From Kiritimatiellia bacterium (lineage in GTDB: Bacteria; Verrucomicrobiota; Kiritimatiellia; JAAZAB01): a DNA stretch of 64,000 nucleotides. Location: contig JAXGPF010000011.1 in NCBI GenBank assembly GCA_040767085.1, positions 64,001-128,000 on the forward strand, in the 5' to 3' direction. A program made the translations under genes and the position numbers. This document shows, one piece after another, positions 21,915 through 31,815 of this stretch. The notes beneath the pieces were generated by a model. That model had not been told where the DNA came from, searched no databases, and was given only the letters and a program-made list of their open reading frames with translations. How positions within the stretch are numbered: the first letter of the stretch is position 1; every line of letters begins with the position of its first letter.

Positions 21915-24344
21915 ATGGCGGAAAAAACACCAACCCGCTCCACCGGTATCCGGGAAATGTGGGGCATCATTCTGCTGACTTTTGCCGTGTTGACCGCCTT
22001 GGCGCTGTCTTCCTATGACTGGGCCGATATCGCCCTGCTGCGCAATCCGCCGAACGATCCGCCCCTGAATTTTATCGGGCCGGTCGGCGCCTGGACGGCG
22101 TTTCTCTTCCTGATGACGCTGGGCTTGGGCGCTTTCCTGGTGCCGCTGCTGGCAGTTGCGCTCGGGTTGATCCTGCTGCTTTATCCCCGTACGCCGTTCC
22201 TGCCGCGCTGCTGCTGGAGCCTCCTGGCGGTACTGCTGTCCGCCGCGTTTCTCCCGCTGTTTCCCGGCTGGTGCGACAACTTCTGCCTGCGTTTGAATAT
22301 CCAGGGCTTAAGCGGAGGCATGTTCGGTTGGCTGTTGACTGACAGCTTTTTACGCGAATTGCTGGGGCACACCGGCGCCGCCATCCTGCTCGGCGGATTT
22401 CTTTGCGCCAGCCTGGTTATGTTCATCGGCCGCACAGCCCTGGCTCGCCTGGCGCACGCCATCCAGGCCGGCTGCTCCCTGCTGCTGGCCCGGTACCGCG
22501 CCGCCCAGGCCGCCCGCCGCAGCCGCCTCGAATTGCTGGAACGCGAAGCCCGCACCCTGGCCCGCCAGCGAGAAGTGCTCGAAAAGGAATTGCGCCGCAA
22601 TCCGCCGCAACGCCCCCCGGCCCCGAAAGTTCCGCCCCCAGCGCCACCAGCGACCCCTACGCCACTGCCTACGCCTCCATCGCCCCCCACGCCAACGCCT
22701 CTACCCGCTCCGGCCAAACCGGCAGCACGCCCGCCCGCCAAGCCCCCGACCCACGCTGTCCCACCCAGCGCGCCGGCGCCGGCCGCGCCTGGCGCCCCCT
22801 TGCCGTATCAACTGCCGCCGCTCAACCTGCTGCACCAGACGCCCGAGGGCCAAGACCGCCAGATTGACGGCGACATGCATACCACGGCCAAGGTGCTCAA
22901 GGATACCCTGGCTGAATTCGGCATTGAATGCGAAGTGACCAATATCGAGCAAGGCCCGGTGGTGACCCGCTATGAACTGCTGCCGGCGCCGGGTATTCGC
23001 GTGGAAAATATCGCCAAACTGAGCAACAATCTCCAACTCACCCTCAAGGCCACCAGTATCCGCGTCCAGGCCCCGATTCCCGGCAAGGGCGTAGTCGGCA
23101 TTGAAGTCCCCAACGCCATCGCCACCAAGGTGTACTTGCGCGATATCCTGGAAAGCGAGCAGTGGCAGAATACGCGCGCGGCCATTCCGCTGGTCCTGGG
23201 CAAAGACGTCGGCGGCAGCGTGCTGGTGTCCGACCTGGCCAGCATGCCCCACCTGCTGATTGCCGGCGCCACCGGGTCGGGAAAAACGGTCTGCATGAAT
23301 TCCATCCTGGCGGGCATGCTGATGTCGCGCTCGCCCGAAGATCTGCGCCTGATCCTGGTGGACCCGAAAATCGTGGAGTTTTCGGTGTATAACGATCTGC
23401 CGCACCTCGCCACGCCGGTGATCACCGACCATAAGAAAGTCATCTTCGGGCTGCGCTGGGCCATCAATGAAATGAACAAGCGCTACAAGCTTTTCGCCCG
23501 CGCCGGCGTCCGCAATATCGCTTCCTACAACGAGCGCATGCGCGCCCATCCGCCCGCGCCCGGGGGCGATGAAGAGGCGGCGTTCCCGCCGCATGTGCCG
23601 TATATTGTGATCGTGATTGACGAACTGGCCGACCTGATGATGATGGCCCGGGCGGAAGTCGAAAATGCCATCGCCCGCCTGGCGCAATTGTCGCGCGCCG
23701 TCGGCATACACATGATCCTCGCCACCCAGCGGCCGTCCGTGAACGTCATCACCGGCACCATCAAAGCCAACTTCCCGGCGCGCATCTCGTTCCAGGTGGC
23801 CCAGAAAGTGGATAGCCGCACGATTCTCGACACCGGCGGGGCCGACAAGCTGCTGGGCCGCGGCGATATGCTGCTGCTGCCGCCCGGCAGCAGTAAGCTG
23901 ATCCGGGCCCAGGGAGCGATGACTTCCGATGAAGACATCCATGCCTTGGTCGAATTCATCAAGCAGCAGGCGCTCCCCGCCAAATTCGAAATTCCCAACC
24001 CGGACGAAGTGGATGCCAAGTCCGCCGCCATGCCCGGGCTGCCCGGCGCGGAAGAAGAGGATGACACGGACAATGAATTACTGGACGCCGCCACCAACAT
24101 CATCCGCGAAACACGGCGCGCATCTGTTTCGCTGCTGCAACGCCGGTTGAAGATCGGCTACAACCGCGCCGGCCGCCTGATGGATGTCCTGGAAGAGCGC
24201 GGCATTGTCGGCCCGGCCCGCGGCTCCGACCCGCGTGAGATTTTGATTGATCTTGAAGCCCAAACCGCGGATAATCTAGTGCCTGAAACCGAAAACGCCG
24301 GGACCAGCGAAAACACGGAATGGAATCAATCGGACAAATCCTGA
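21915..24344 (+). CDS. ftsK: DNA translocase FtsK
   Basis: N-terminal TM domain, Pro-rich linker, PHLLIAGATGSGKT, IDELADLM, ATQRPSV, gamma domain LLQRRLKIGYNRAGR. Confidence 0.96.
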   Translation: MAEKTPTRSTGIREMWGIILLTFAVLTALALSSYDWADIALLRNPPNDPPLNFIGPVGAWTAFLFLMTLGLGAFLVPLLAVALGLILLLYPRTPFLPRCCWSLLAVLLSAAFLPLFPGWCDNFCLRLNIQGLSGGMFGWLLTDSFLRELLGHTGAAILLGGFLCASLVMFIGRTALARLAHAIQAGCSLLLARYRAAQAARRSRLELLEREARTLARQREVLEKELRRNPPQRPPAPKVPPPAPPATPTPLPTPPSPPTPTPLPAPAKPAARPPAKPPTHAVPPSAPAPAAPGAPLPYQLPPLNLLHQTPEGQDRQIDGDMHTTAKVLKDTLAEFGIECEVTNIEQGPVVTRYELLPAPGIRVENIAKLSNNLQLTLKATSIRVQAPIPGKGVVGIEVPNAIATKVYLRDILESEQWQNTRAAIPLVLGKDVGGSVLVSDLASMPHLLIAGATGSGKTVCMNSILAGMLMSRSPEDLRLILVDPKIVEFSVYNDLPHLATPVITDHKKVIFGLRWAINEMNKRYKLFARAGVRNIASYNERMRAHPPAPGGDEEAAFPPHVPYIVIVIDELADLMMMARAEVENAIARLAQLSRAVGIHMILATQRPSVNVITGTIKANFPARISFQVAQKVDSRTILDTGGADKLLGRGDMLLLPPGSSKLIRAQGAMTSDEDIHALVEFIKQQALPAKFEIPNPDEVDAKSAAMPGLPGAEEEDDTDNELLDAATNIIRETRRASVSLLQRRLKIGYNRAGRLMDVLEERGIVGPARGSDPREILIDLEAQTADNLVPETENAGTSENTEWNQSDKS

Positions 24345-25150
24345 AAGCCGCCCGCGAGCAGCAAGGCCATACCATCGCCGAGGCCGCCGATGCCATCAAG
24401 GCCAAGCAGATGATCATCCAGGCGATCGAAACCAACGATTTCGAGGAATTGATCGCGCCGGTTTACGCGCGGGGCTTTATCAAGCTCTACGCCGAGTATC
24501 TCGGCCTGAACCCCCAGCCGCTGCTGAAAATCTACCGCCGGCAAAGCGAACAACCCGCCGCCGGCAAGACTTATTCCTTCACACCGCAACGCACCAGGCC
24601 GCCCACTCCCTCCACCGCCGCCGCCCCGGCGCCGGCGCCCTTGATTGCGCCGGTTCCCGCCCCGGCGCCGGCATCCGCGCCCGCCGTAACGGCGTCGGCC
24701 GCGGCGCCGGTCAGGCCCGCCTTTCAGCCCGGTTCAGCCACCCGCCCTTCCACTCCGGCCCCGGCCAGGCCGCCAGCCGATTTGGGCCGGCGGTTCAATC
24801 CGCCGCTGCAGGCGCGCAAACCGCTGCGCGAGCGGCTGCGTTGGCGGGTGGATTTTGCCGGACTGTCTCAGCGTCTGCGCGCATTATGCCGGCCCTGGTT
24901 AACATCCGTGCAGCGTAATGCCCGCACGCTCGCCGGCCGGCTGTGGTCCGCCGCCAGCGCGGGTGGACGCGTATTGGCCACCTGGCTGCGCGCGCCGCGC
25001 GGACGGCAAGCCAGCCTGGCGGTGGCGGCCGTGCTCCTGGTCGCGATCCTCAGCACGGCGCTGCGGCAGGCCTGGATCGACCGGCGGGCGCAATACACCC
25101 CCCCGCCGCAATACGGCTGGCTGCAGCCGCCGCCCGCTCCCTATCCGTAA
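24320..25150 (+). CDS. RodZ-like HTH membrane protein (no periplasmic domain)
   Basis: SIGQILKAARE...IQAIE...VYARGFIKLYAEYLGL, Pro/Ala linker, single C-terminal TM. Confidence 0.78.
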   Translation: MESIGQILKAAREQQGHTIAEAADAIKAKQMIIQAIETNDFEELIAPVYARGFIKLYAEYLGLNPQPLLKIYRRQSEQPAAGKTYSFTPQRTRPPTPSTAAAPAPAPLIAPVPAPAPASAPAVTASAAAPVRPAFQPGSATRPSTPAPARPPADLGRRFNPPLQARKPLRERLRWRVDFAGLSQRLRALCRPWLTSVQRNARTLAGRLWSAASAGGRVLATWLRAPRGRQASLAVAAVLLVAILSTALRQAWIDRRAQYTPPPQYGWLQPPPAPYP

Positions 25151-25251
25151 CATAAAGCGCAGTCATGCGTGCCGGGATTTCGCATGCCAGCCCTGGCGGA
25201 ATTATTAATTTATGGGACTGACTCCTGGCGCACTTTTTCCTACTGGTGAAC

Positions 25252-25835
25252 TCATTTGCCGAGCAGCGTGTGCATCGCGCGCCAGCCGGCCGCCCGGACG
25301 CCGGGACACAACGGCATCGGTTCCGCATGTTCCGCCGTGCCGGCATGCACGACCGCCGCTTGCGACGCGCGCCGCTTCATCGCTGCCGCCAGCCGGAGCA
25401 GGGAGCGCGCATCGTCCGGCATGGGCGTGCGGGTGGCCTTGGCCTCGATCAGCAGCAGCCGGCGATCGCCTTCGTCCACCACGAAATCAACCTCCAATCC
25501 CTGGCGGTCGCGGAAGCAGTACAACCCCCGTTCGCGCCCCCGATTCAGGCGGTGCTTGACAATTTCGGCGGCGACCAGCCCCTCAAACAGCGGCCCGCGG
25601 AAAGGCGAGGTTGCCAGGGACGCTTCGTCCCGGATGCCCAGCAGCGCGGCCGCCAGCCCGGAATCCGCGAAATAGAGCTTTGGCGTCTTGACAATCCGTT
25701 TGCCGAAATTCTCGTAGTAGGGCGGCACCAGGATGATCTGCATGGTGACTTCCAGGATGCCCAGCCATTGGGTGATGGTTGGGACACTGACTCCCAGCGG
25801 CGCGGCCAGATCGGTCTTGTTGAGCATCTGCCCGC
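25252..25835 (-). pseudogene. C-terminal half of AAA_14/DUF4143 ATP-binding protein, truncated by prophage insertion
   Basis: SGQMLN..LA..LGVS..T, KRIVKTPKLYFADSGL, GPLFE, EVDFV, LIEAK; homology stops at 25836, where AT-rich sequence begins. Confidence 0.85.
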
Positions 25836-25890
25836 TGTAACGCGAGAAAATAAACGAAAAGGGTAGAAGTATAATAATGAAAAGGGTAAA
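25836..25890 (+). promoter_or_regulatory. Putative transposable-phage end with transposase-binding repeats
   Basis: TGTAACG start; GAAAAGGGTA twice (25856, 25879; 23-bp spacing). Confidence 0.6.
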
Positions 25891-25895
25891 ATCAA

Positions 25896-26606
25896 CTATT
25901 TTCGACCCAATTTCAGGCGGCGGCCGATAGCTAATGCCAGGCGTGCTTGATATGAGTCCCAAAGCGCGTCCGGATCGCCACTCGACTCAACCGCCAGGAG
26001 CATCGCTTGACGTTCGCGCCAGAGGACAGTCCCAGGCGCCGGCACCAGGCGGTTGCCGTGCACATCAAAATAATCAATCTGCCGGGTGTACCGTAATTCC
26101 CATCGGCGCATTAACTCGAGGAATTGGGCATCATCTATCTGGATGATTTCACCCTCCACCACTGGCACGACAATGCCCATTGCACGCAGAACGTCGGGCT
26201 GTAGGGTGATTATATCCAGCGAGGAAAATCCCAGGCCCCGAATTTTAATTGCTGGCACAACCTCTACCACGGCAATCTCAAACGGAGCCACATCACATAA
26301 TTCCGGGGGCAACGGCGCAGCCTTATCGGCCAACAGACGGTATTTAGTGGCCATCTCTCGGCGCAACGCCCACGCTTCCGGATGCGTCGGCACGGCCTGG
26401 GCGGCCGCGCGGATCGTCGCCGCCGCATCCCCTTTGCGCAAATCAATCTCCCGCCACGCGGCGGCCGCGCCGATCCAATCGTTCGACGCCGCACGGGCGG
26501 ATATTTCACCGATCGCGGCGGCATGGGCGGGCGGGCGGCGGTCAGAGACCGGCGCGCCCCATGCCGCGCCGGTCAAAAAAACCACGGCCAAAACCATCCG
26601 GATCAT
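25896..26606 (-). CDS. Prophage hypothetical exported protein
   Basis: Signal-peptide-like N-terminus; ATGA overlap with upstream gene. Confidence 0.65.
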   Translation of the reverse strand: MIRMVLAVVFLTGAAWGAPVSDRRPPAHAAAIGEISARAASNDWIGAAAAWREIDLRKGDAAATIRAAAQAVPTHPEAWALRREMATKYRLLADKAAPLPPELCDVAPFEIAVVEVVPAIKIRGLGFSSLDIITLQPDVLRAMGIVVPVVEGEIIQIDDAQFLELMRRWELRYTRQIDYFDVHGNRLVPAPGTVLWRERQAMLLAVESSGDPDALWDSYQARLALAIGRRLKLGRK

Positions 26607-27325
26607 TTCTTTTTCTCCAATTCCGACTGTACCCGGCCCAAAAATCTCGTGTTCTCTTCAATGGCTTTCACCACCTTGATCGTGTCCATTAAAAACGCAC
26701 GGTATATCTCGGCGTCCACTGTATTTGGGTTGATCGCATCGAACGCTTTCCAGATGATATGCTTCTCATCCGGGATGGTGAAATTCCAGGCATAATCCCG
26801 GATGAGTTGCATTCTCACTGCGTTAGCCTCTGACGTTTTACCCTGGCCGACAAGCAAATTGGACAATTTTTGGGCTGTCTGCGCCAAAACACCAGGGTCG
26901 GCAGTGGGGTAATCCCGCAGAATGCGCTCATATGTGGCCTGGGCAGCAGCCTGGTCACCCAGCATCTGTTGACAATACCCGGCATACATAGATGCGTTTG
27001 CCAGCATCCTGGCCGGGGCGTCAGGGTAATCTCGGACCAGCGCGTTCAGTTCAATCAGGCCGGCCGCATAGTCTCCCATCCGGTAAATACTGAATGCGCG
27101 GCCGTTTTGAATCTGCGCGCGGATAGCCGCATCCGCATCCGGGAATGCCGCCCGCAACTCATCATACCGCGCCAGCGCGGCGGCCGCATTTGTGAAGCCG
27201 CATTCGCGCGCATAAACCCGAGCCTTTACCAGTTCGGCGGCGGCATCCCTGGGCGGCTTCCCGTCCTGCGCGTATGCCGCGATCCCAATCAATCCCGCTG
27301 CGATCACGATCCTGACTGTTTTCAT
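26603..27325 (-). CDS. Prophage exported TPR-like helical repeat protein
   Basis: Signal peptide; repeated A..Y..L.RDYPxA helical hairpins. Confidence 0.7.
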   Translation of the reverse strand: MKTVRIVIAAGLIGIAAYAQDGKPPRDAAAELVKARVYARECGFTNAAAALARYDELRAAFPDADAAIRAQIQNGRAFSIYRMGDYAAGLIELNALVRDYPDAPARMLANASMYAGYCQQMLGDQAAAQATYERILRDYPTADPGVLAQTAQKLSNLLVGQGKTSEANAVRMQLIRDYAWNFTIPDEKHIIWKAFDAINPNTVDAEIYRAFLMDTIKVVKAIEENTRFLGRVQSELEKKK

Positions 27326-27342
27326 ACTACTACTCCTTGCTA

Positions 27343-28611
27343 TTACGGCGTTGTTCTTTCGATTTCCCAGGAATCCGGCCGTATCGGATTCCATCGTTGC
27401 TTTGTGCCGGACACATTCATCTCAAATCCAAGATCATCTACGCGCACCCATGACCAGACCAGCGCAGTGTTGGTGCTGCTCATCCAGTCCCCCCATGGGA
27501 TTGTGCAATCGTGGGACGGGTAAAAATAGATCCACTGGGTGACGCTGTTGCTGGAGATCAGCATCTCGCTCACCGCGTTGGTCTGCGGCTTCAGATTCCA
27601 GACGCGCACATCCTCCGCGTGATCATCGGTGAAATACACCAGCGCATTCGTGTCCCCGCGAGTGGCGTCCTGCACGTTTGTCCAGCTTTTGTAGTAATAG
27701 CAGAGCGATGCAAAGTTGTTCGTGCTAGCCTTGATTTCAAAATCCGTCCAATTGCCATCCACCGTTCCCACATCCAGATGGAAGACAGGGAAAGTCCCCG
27801 CCGCGCCGCCGCCCGTGGCGAGTTCGGTAAACTCACCGCTATTGAAATCCGGCCTGGTGTAGATTTTCGTGCCGCCGTCGAGGTAGAGGTTGCCCCGGAC
27901 GCGGGTGGTGCTGGGGATGGGGTTGGTTACGTATGAGCCGAGGGCGACAGCGTTGTTTGTGGACCAGGAGTATGTACCGAGCGCAACCGCATAATTAGGG
28001 GCATACGCATAGCACCCGAGAGCGGCACCGTATACCCATCCTTTTGATCGCTGCCCAACGGCTGTGCCGTGGTTGTAGCCAATCGTGCTCTCCCCGATCC
28101 CGACCCCTTGACTATATCCGCTTGCCTCACCCCCAATCGCCACGCCTTGGTTACCACCTCTGGCAAGCTGGCCGATGGACTGCCCATAAGGGCCATCGCT
28201 CCCGTTGGCGTTAAAACCCATCGAACACCCCTTATACGATCCGCTTGCTCCTGCGCCCAGAACCACATTTTCGCTATTCGTCATCAAGGGATCAATTACC
28301 CGCACCTGTGATTCGGTTAGTCCCGTGGCCTGCGCTACGAAGCAGGCGGTCGTGGTGGCCGGGTCGAAAACCAGCACATCCCCGGCGCTCGCGGGCGTGT
28401 TGGTAATCACGAATACCTGGCCGTCTATGGTGATAACCTGGTTGGTCGGTGTCGGGATCCCGCTATCCGCGAGATTCAGATTCGAGATTGAGAAGCCGGC
28501 GGCATCTAAGGGCGTCTGCAAGACCCCATTGCGGATCGGGAAGCTGCTTTGCGCGGTAGCCGCGCGCGCCAGGCCGAGGGCAATTGCTATAATAGCCAGG
28601 TTTTTTGACAT
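27343..28611 (-). CDS. Putative tail fibre/adhesin with YadA-head-like repeats
   Basis: GVAIGGEA, GVGIGES, GTAVGQRS, YAVALG, NAVALG repeats; distal tail position. Confidence 0.6.
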   Translation of the reverse strand: MSKNLAIIAIALGLARAATAQSSFPIRNGVLQTPLDAAGFSISNLNLADSGIPTPTNQVITIDGQVFVITNTPASAGDVLVFDPATTTACFVAQATGLTESQVRVIDPLMTNSENVVLGAGASGSYKGCSMGFNANGSDGPYGQSIGQLARGGNQGVAIGGEASGYSQGVGIGESTIGYNHGTAVGQRSKGWVYGAALGCYAYAPNYAVALGTYSWSTNNAVALGSYVTNPIPSTTRVRGNLYLDGGTKIYTRPDFNSGEFTELATGGGAAGTFPVFHLDVGTVDGNWTDFEIKASTNNFASLCYYYKSWTNVQDATRGDTNALVYFTDDHAEDVRVWNLKPQTNAVSEMLISSNSVTQWIYFYPSHDCTIPWGDWMSSTNTALVWSWVRVDDLGFEMNVSGTKQRWNPIRPDSWEIERTTP

Positions 28612-28619
28612 GGTGCGTC

Positions 28620-29396
28620 CTATTTGATGATCAGGGCCGAAACATAATACCCCGCCGTAGGCACGGCGGCGCTGAAGCCCACCGTGACCTGGCTGGCGGT
28701 GGCGCCATAAAAATCCACGGCAACAATGCGCGGGGCCCCGGCGGACGGTCTGCGGATGATTGGCAGGACGGCCGCGGGGGGTGCGTCGAGTTCAAACCCG
28801 GACAAATCCAGGGTGATTTCCGTGGCGTCCTGGGAAATCTCCGCGGTGATGAGGTGATCTGTAGTCAGGACCGCGGCGGATGCTGGGTAAGGGGGTTCCG
28901 CGGGCGTCGGGAGCGTGCCGCCTTCATACATCTGCTTCAGAATAGTAGGCAGGAAGCGCCAGGTAGTCGGCTCGCCGCCGCCGGCATCGGCCAGTTCGAT
29001 ATCCGTCCGGGCAATCAAACTATGGAGGGTGGCAAGATCGGTGGCCAGTTCATTGGTGTGTAAACTCACCAGCAGATCGTATGCCCATACGGGTTCCTCG
29101 ACGGTGCCGATGTTCACTTCTGTGTGGCCGGTAGCCTCAAAGAGCTTGGCGGTGGGGTTCACGTTGTTCTTGGCGCAGATGACGACCTGCAGCCCAGCCG
29201 TCAGCCGGACGTTCTGGCTCAGGCTGGAAGACCAGAAGAATATCCGGAAGCGCACCAGGTCGCCGGCGACCAGGACGGCGCGGAGACTGCCGGCAATCGC
29301 GCTGGGTGCGCCATCGCCCTTATGCGGCCGGATGGCGTTGTCGGCCGCAATGGCGTCCACGTCTATGACCAAATTCAGTTGTCGGTTCCAGGACAT
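28620..29396 (-). CDS. Putative baseplate/tail-tip protein
   Basis: Beta-rich, located between tape measure and fibre genes. Confidence 0.5.
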   Translation of the reverse strand: MSWNRQLNLVIDVDAIAADNAIRPHKGDGAPSAIAGSLRAVLVAGDLVRFRIFFWSSSLSQNVRLTAGLQVVICAKNNVNPTAKLFEATGHTEVNIGTVEEPVWAYDLLVSLHTNELATDLATLHSLIARTDIELADAGGGEPTTWRFLPTILKQMYEGGTLPTPAEPPYPASAAVLTTDHLITAEISQDATEITLDLSGFELDAPPAAVLPIIRRPSAGAPRIVAVDFYGATASQVTVGFSAAVPTAGYYVSALIIK

Positions 29397-29399
29397 ATG

Positions 29400-30473
29400 T
29401 TATCCATAAGTCAACGCCGGCTCCACCAGGTAATAATATTGCCTCAAATATGCGGTTTCATTGTCGCCATCCCATGCCATTGGGATAGAAAACCCATGAG
29501 CCATGGCGTCGGGCCACACCGGCGTCCCGGCCGGCCAGGGCGGCGACGTAGTCATCAACACCGGGAATCCATAAGTTGCACCGTATTCAGAAAAGCCCAA
29601 ATCCGTAATTTCGCCCGACGGGAAAGTGATGGTTTTAGCCAACCGGATCACGTCAGGATTTACCCCCTCCACAACAAAAGCATAACCAAACCCGTTGAAA
29701 ATACCCTCTGCAACCGCGTCGCCCTGGATATAAACTCGATACACCGTCCCGTCGGGATAAGCATCTGGATTAACTGCGGCGCACACCGTATTTAAAATCA
29801 ATTCGGCCCAATAATAATTACTCCACTGATGCACGGAAGCCGTTGCCTCCATTGGCGTTTTCCCTTCCCACGATGCAGCGTTCCAAGCATCCAGCGTCCG
29901 ACTTTTTGCTTGCGATAAATCGCCATCGTAATCAGACCACTTGCGCTCATCTTTTCCAAACGGCCACACACTACAACCGACATGTTCGATGTTATAACGA
30001 CCCCGGCGAACCCAACGGGTTAAAGCGCTAAGGGCTTTCTGTAAATCCTCAATCACCCATGGGCCAAGAATATCCCCAGCCTGCATCCGGCCATAAAGGA
30101 AATCACCGTCCATTGTGGTCTTGCGCCGCCACAAGTCCGGATATTGCAGCCCAGCCGCCGCCGCAAACGTCTCCAGCGTCCAACAATCAAAATCTGTTTG
30201 GGTGGGATTCAAAATCGCGCTGTTATTGACAAATCTTAAATATGAATGCAAAGCGTTGTTAAAGACGCCGGTTACCGCCGCCTCAATCCGGCGTTGATAC
30301 CCATGATTCAAAGGCTGACGACCGCCATCACGAGTAAAAAGAGCGGCCGACTGTATATTTGTCCCTGTGGAAACTCCATAGTAATAAGAGCCAAGATCGC
30401 GCTCGACGAATGCCGCGTCAATCTCCCGTAGCAGCACATCCAACCGCGTATCAATTATTGAACTCCAACTCAT
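29400..30473 (-). CDS. Phage tail-region hypothetical protein (lower GC)
   Basis: Long ORF coupled to neighbours, aromatic-rich. Confidence 0.6.
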   Translation of the reverse strand: MSWSSIIDTRLDVLLREIDAAFVERDLGSYYYGVSTGTNIQSAALFTRDGGRQPLNHGYQRRIEAAVTGVFNNALHSYLRFVNNSAILNPTQTDFDCWTLETFAAAAGLQYPDLWRRKTTMDGDFLYGRMQAGDILGPWVIEDLQKALSALTRWVRRGRYNIEHVGCSVWPFGKDERKWSDYDGDLSQAKSRTLDAWNAASWEGKTPMEATASVHQWSNYYWAELILNTVCAAVNPDAYPDGTVYRVYIQGDAVAEGIFNGFGYAFVVEGVNPDVIRLAKTITFPSGEITDLGFSEYGATYGFPVLMTTSPPWPAGTPVWPDAMAHGFSIPMAWDGDNETAYLRQYYYLVEPALTYG

Positions 30474-31066
30474 GGCCCAGCCCTCAACCAATCAACCGTT
30501 ACCGCGCCTTCCGCGTCAATTTGGAGTACCTGGTACTGCAAACCAGTCTTATCCACCTGCATTTTATCCCGCGCCAGCGGCCGAATCACCGTCTTAATAC
30601 CCGCCACCCCAGCCTCCACTTCAAACTGGTGCAGTATATAATACGCATACGTTGCGTCATCATCCGGCCAGTCCGCACCGCTCATCACGCTCGTGCTATC
30701 ATTTGACTTCGCCCGGCGCACATACACATAATAATCTCCATCCGCACCAGGCAAAACCACGTCAGCTTGAGCTACTACGATTGACGCAATCCGGCCGGCA
30801 TAAATGCGCACTTCTAAGGGATTATCGCCATCTGGATTGACCTTATATCCAAACATAATCTTCGACCAATCCACCCCTTCGCCGCCCGGGCTTTCCGGCT
30901 CGGGCCGGCGCACGGGCTGGAACGTCGTCCCCCCGCTTGTGGTCGAGACCCGGCAAAAAGCGCTGCTGCGCGGCGTAATCGCCCGGCAATATTCGATCAA
31001 GCTCTTAATATGTTCCGCCCGGACCGGCTCGCCCGGCCGCGGCGGATTCGGCAAAATCATGCTCAT
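30470..31066 (-). CDS. Phage tail-region hypothetical protein
   Basis: PPRPGEPVRA N-terminus, ATGA overlaps on both sides. Confidence 0.6.
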   Translation of the reverse strand: MSMILPNPPRPGEPVRAEHIKSLIEYCRAITPRSSAFCRVSTTSGGTTFQPVRRPEPESPGGEGVDWSKIMFGYKVNPDGDNPLEVRIYAGRIASIVVAQADVVLPGADGDYYVYVRRAKSNDSTSVMSGADWPDDDATYAYYILHQFEVEAGVAGIKTVIRPLARDKMQVDKTGLQYQVLQIDAEGAVTVDWLRAGP

Positions 31067-31809
31067 TGGTACAAGTCCGTATCCCACTCTTCCGCGCCCG
31101 TCCATTCCTCAATCCGCTTCCAGCCCCCGCTGGATCCGTCCCGCGCCGCCCGATCGGCCGTCTTCAAAAACACATACCCGGAAATACTGACCGGCGGCGT
31201 GGATATCTTACCGCAACGCGTTGTGGCCGGATAGGACGAGAGCACCCGCGTCTGCCGGATAACCGGCGCCGGCATGGACCAGCTTTCCACGCCTTTGAGC
31301 TTCAGCCGCGCAAATTTCACCCCCAGCCCCGTCATCGTCGCCCAATGGGCATCGTTATCCGGATCCGGATCATTGATCTCGGGCCGGGGCGCCTGGCCCG
31401 CCTGCCGCCGCTTATTGTATTTGATGCCCAGTTTCATCCAGGCATCCATCATCGCGCGATCGGCTTCCGTGACATCCTTAAACAGCGGATGGGTTTCCAG
31501 CGCCTTTTCCAGCAAGCCCCACTCAACCTCCAGCGAGTAATTATTCTCGCTCCCGCCGAGCTTATTCGAGAGCGAGACGGTCATCTCCCCCGTGCCGCCA
31601 GGCTGCCCCTCGAGCACGACGTTGACGACGCACAGATCATCCACCGGCAAATCCTCATACTTCCCCCCGCGCTTCGGCACAACCTCCAGCAGGTCCTCGA
31701 ACAAGCCCCGGAACGTGCGCGTGCCGGCAATCTCATCCACCCCGAACGTCAATTTCGGGCTCCCCACCACCTCCCGCACGCTCACATCGCCTCTATATAA
31801 AACCGTCAC
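31063..31809 (-). CDS. Phage tail protein downstream of tape measure
   Basis: Position; LETHPLF and W...EEW motifs. Confidence 0.6.
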   Translation of the reverse strand: MTVLYRGDVSVREVVGSPKLTFGVDEIAGTRTFRGLFEDLLEVVPKRGGKYEDLPVDDLCVVNVVLEGQPGGTGEMTVSLSNKLGGSENNYSLEVEWGLLEKALETHPLFKDVTEADRAMMDAWMKLGIKYNKRRQAGQAPRPEINDPDPDNDAHWATMTGLGVKFARLKLKGVESWSMPAPVIRQTRVLSSYPATTRCGKISTPPVSISGYVFLKTADRAARDGSSGGWKRIEEWTGAEEWDTDLYQ

Positions 31810-31815
31810 ATTGCC

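Noticed and set aside
22600-22810. C-rich repetitive tract in ftsK (similar tracts at 18810-18920 and 24600-24780)
   Set aside because: Ordinary Pro/Ala-rich linkers
25836-25962. Hydrophobic N-terminus of ORF 25252..25962
   Set aside because: It is read-through from the AT-rich prophage end, not part of the host gene
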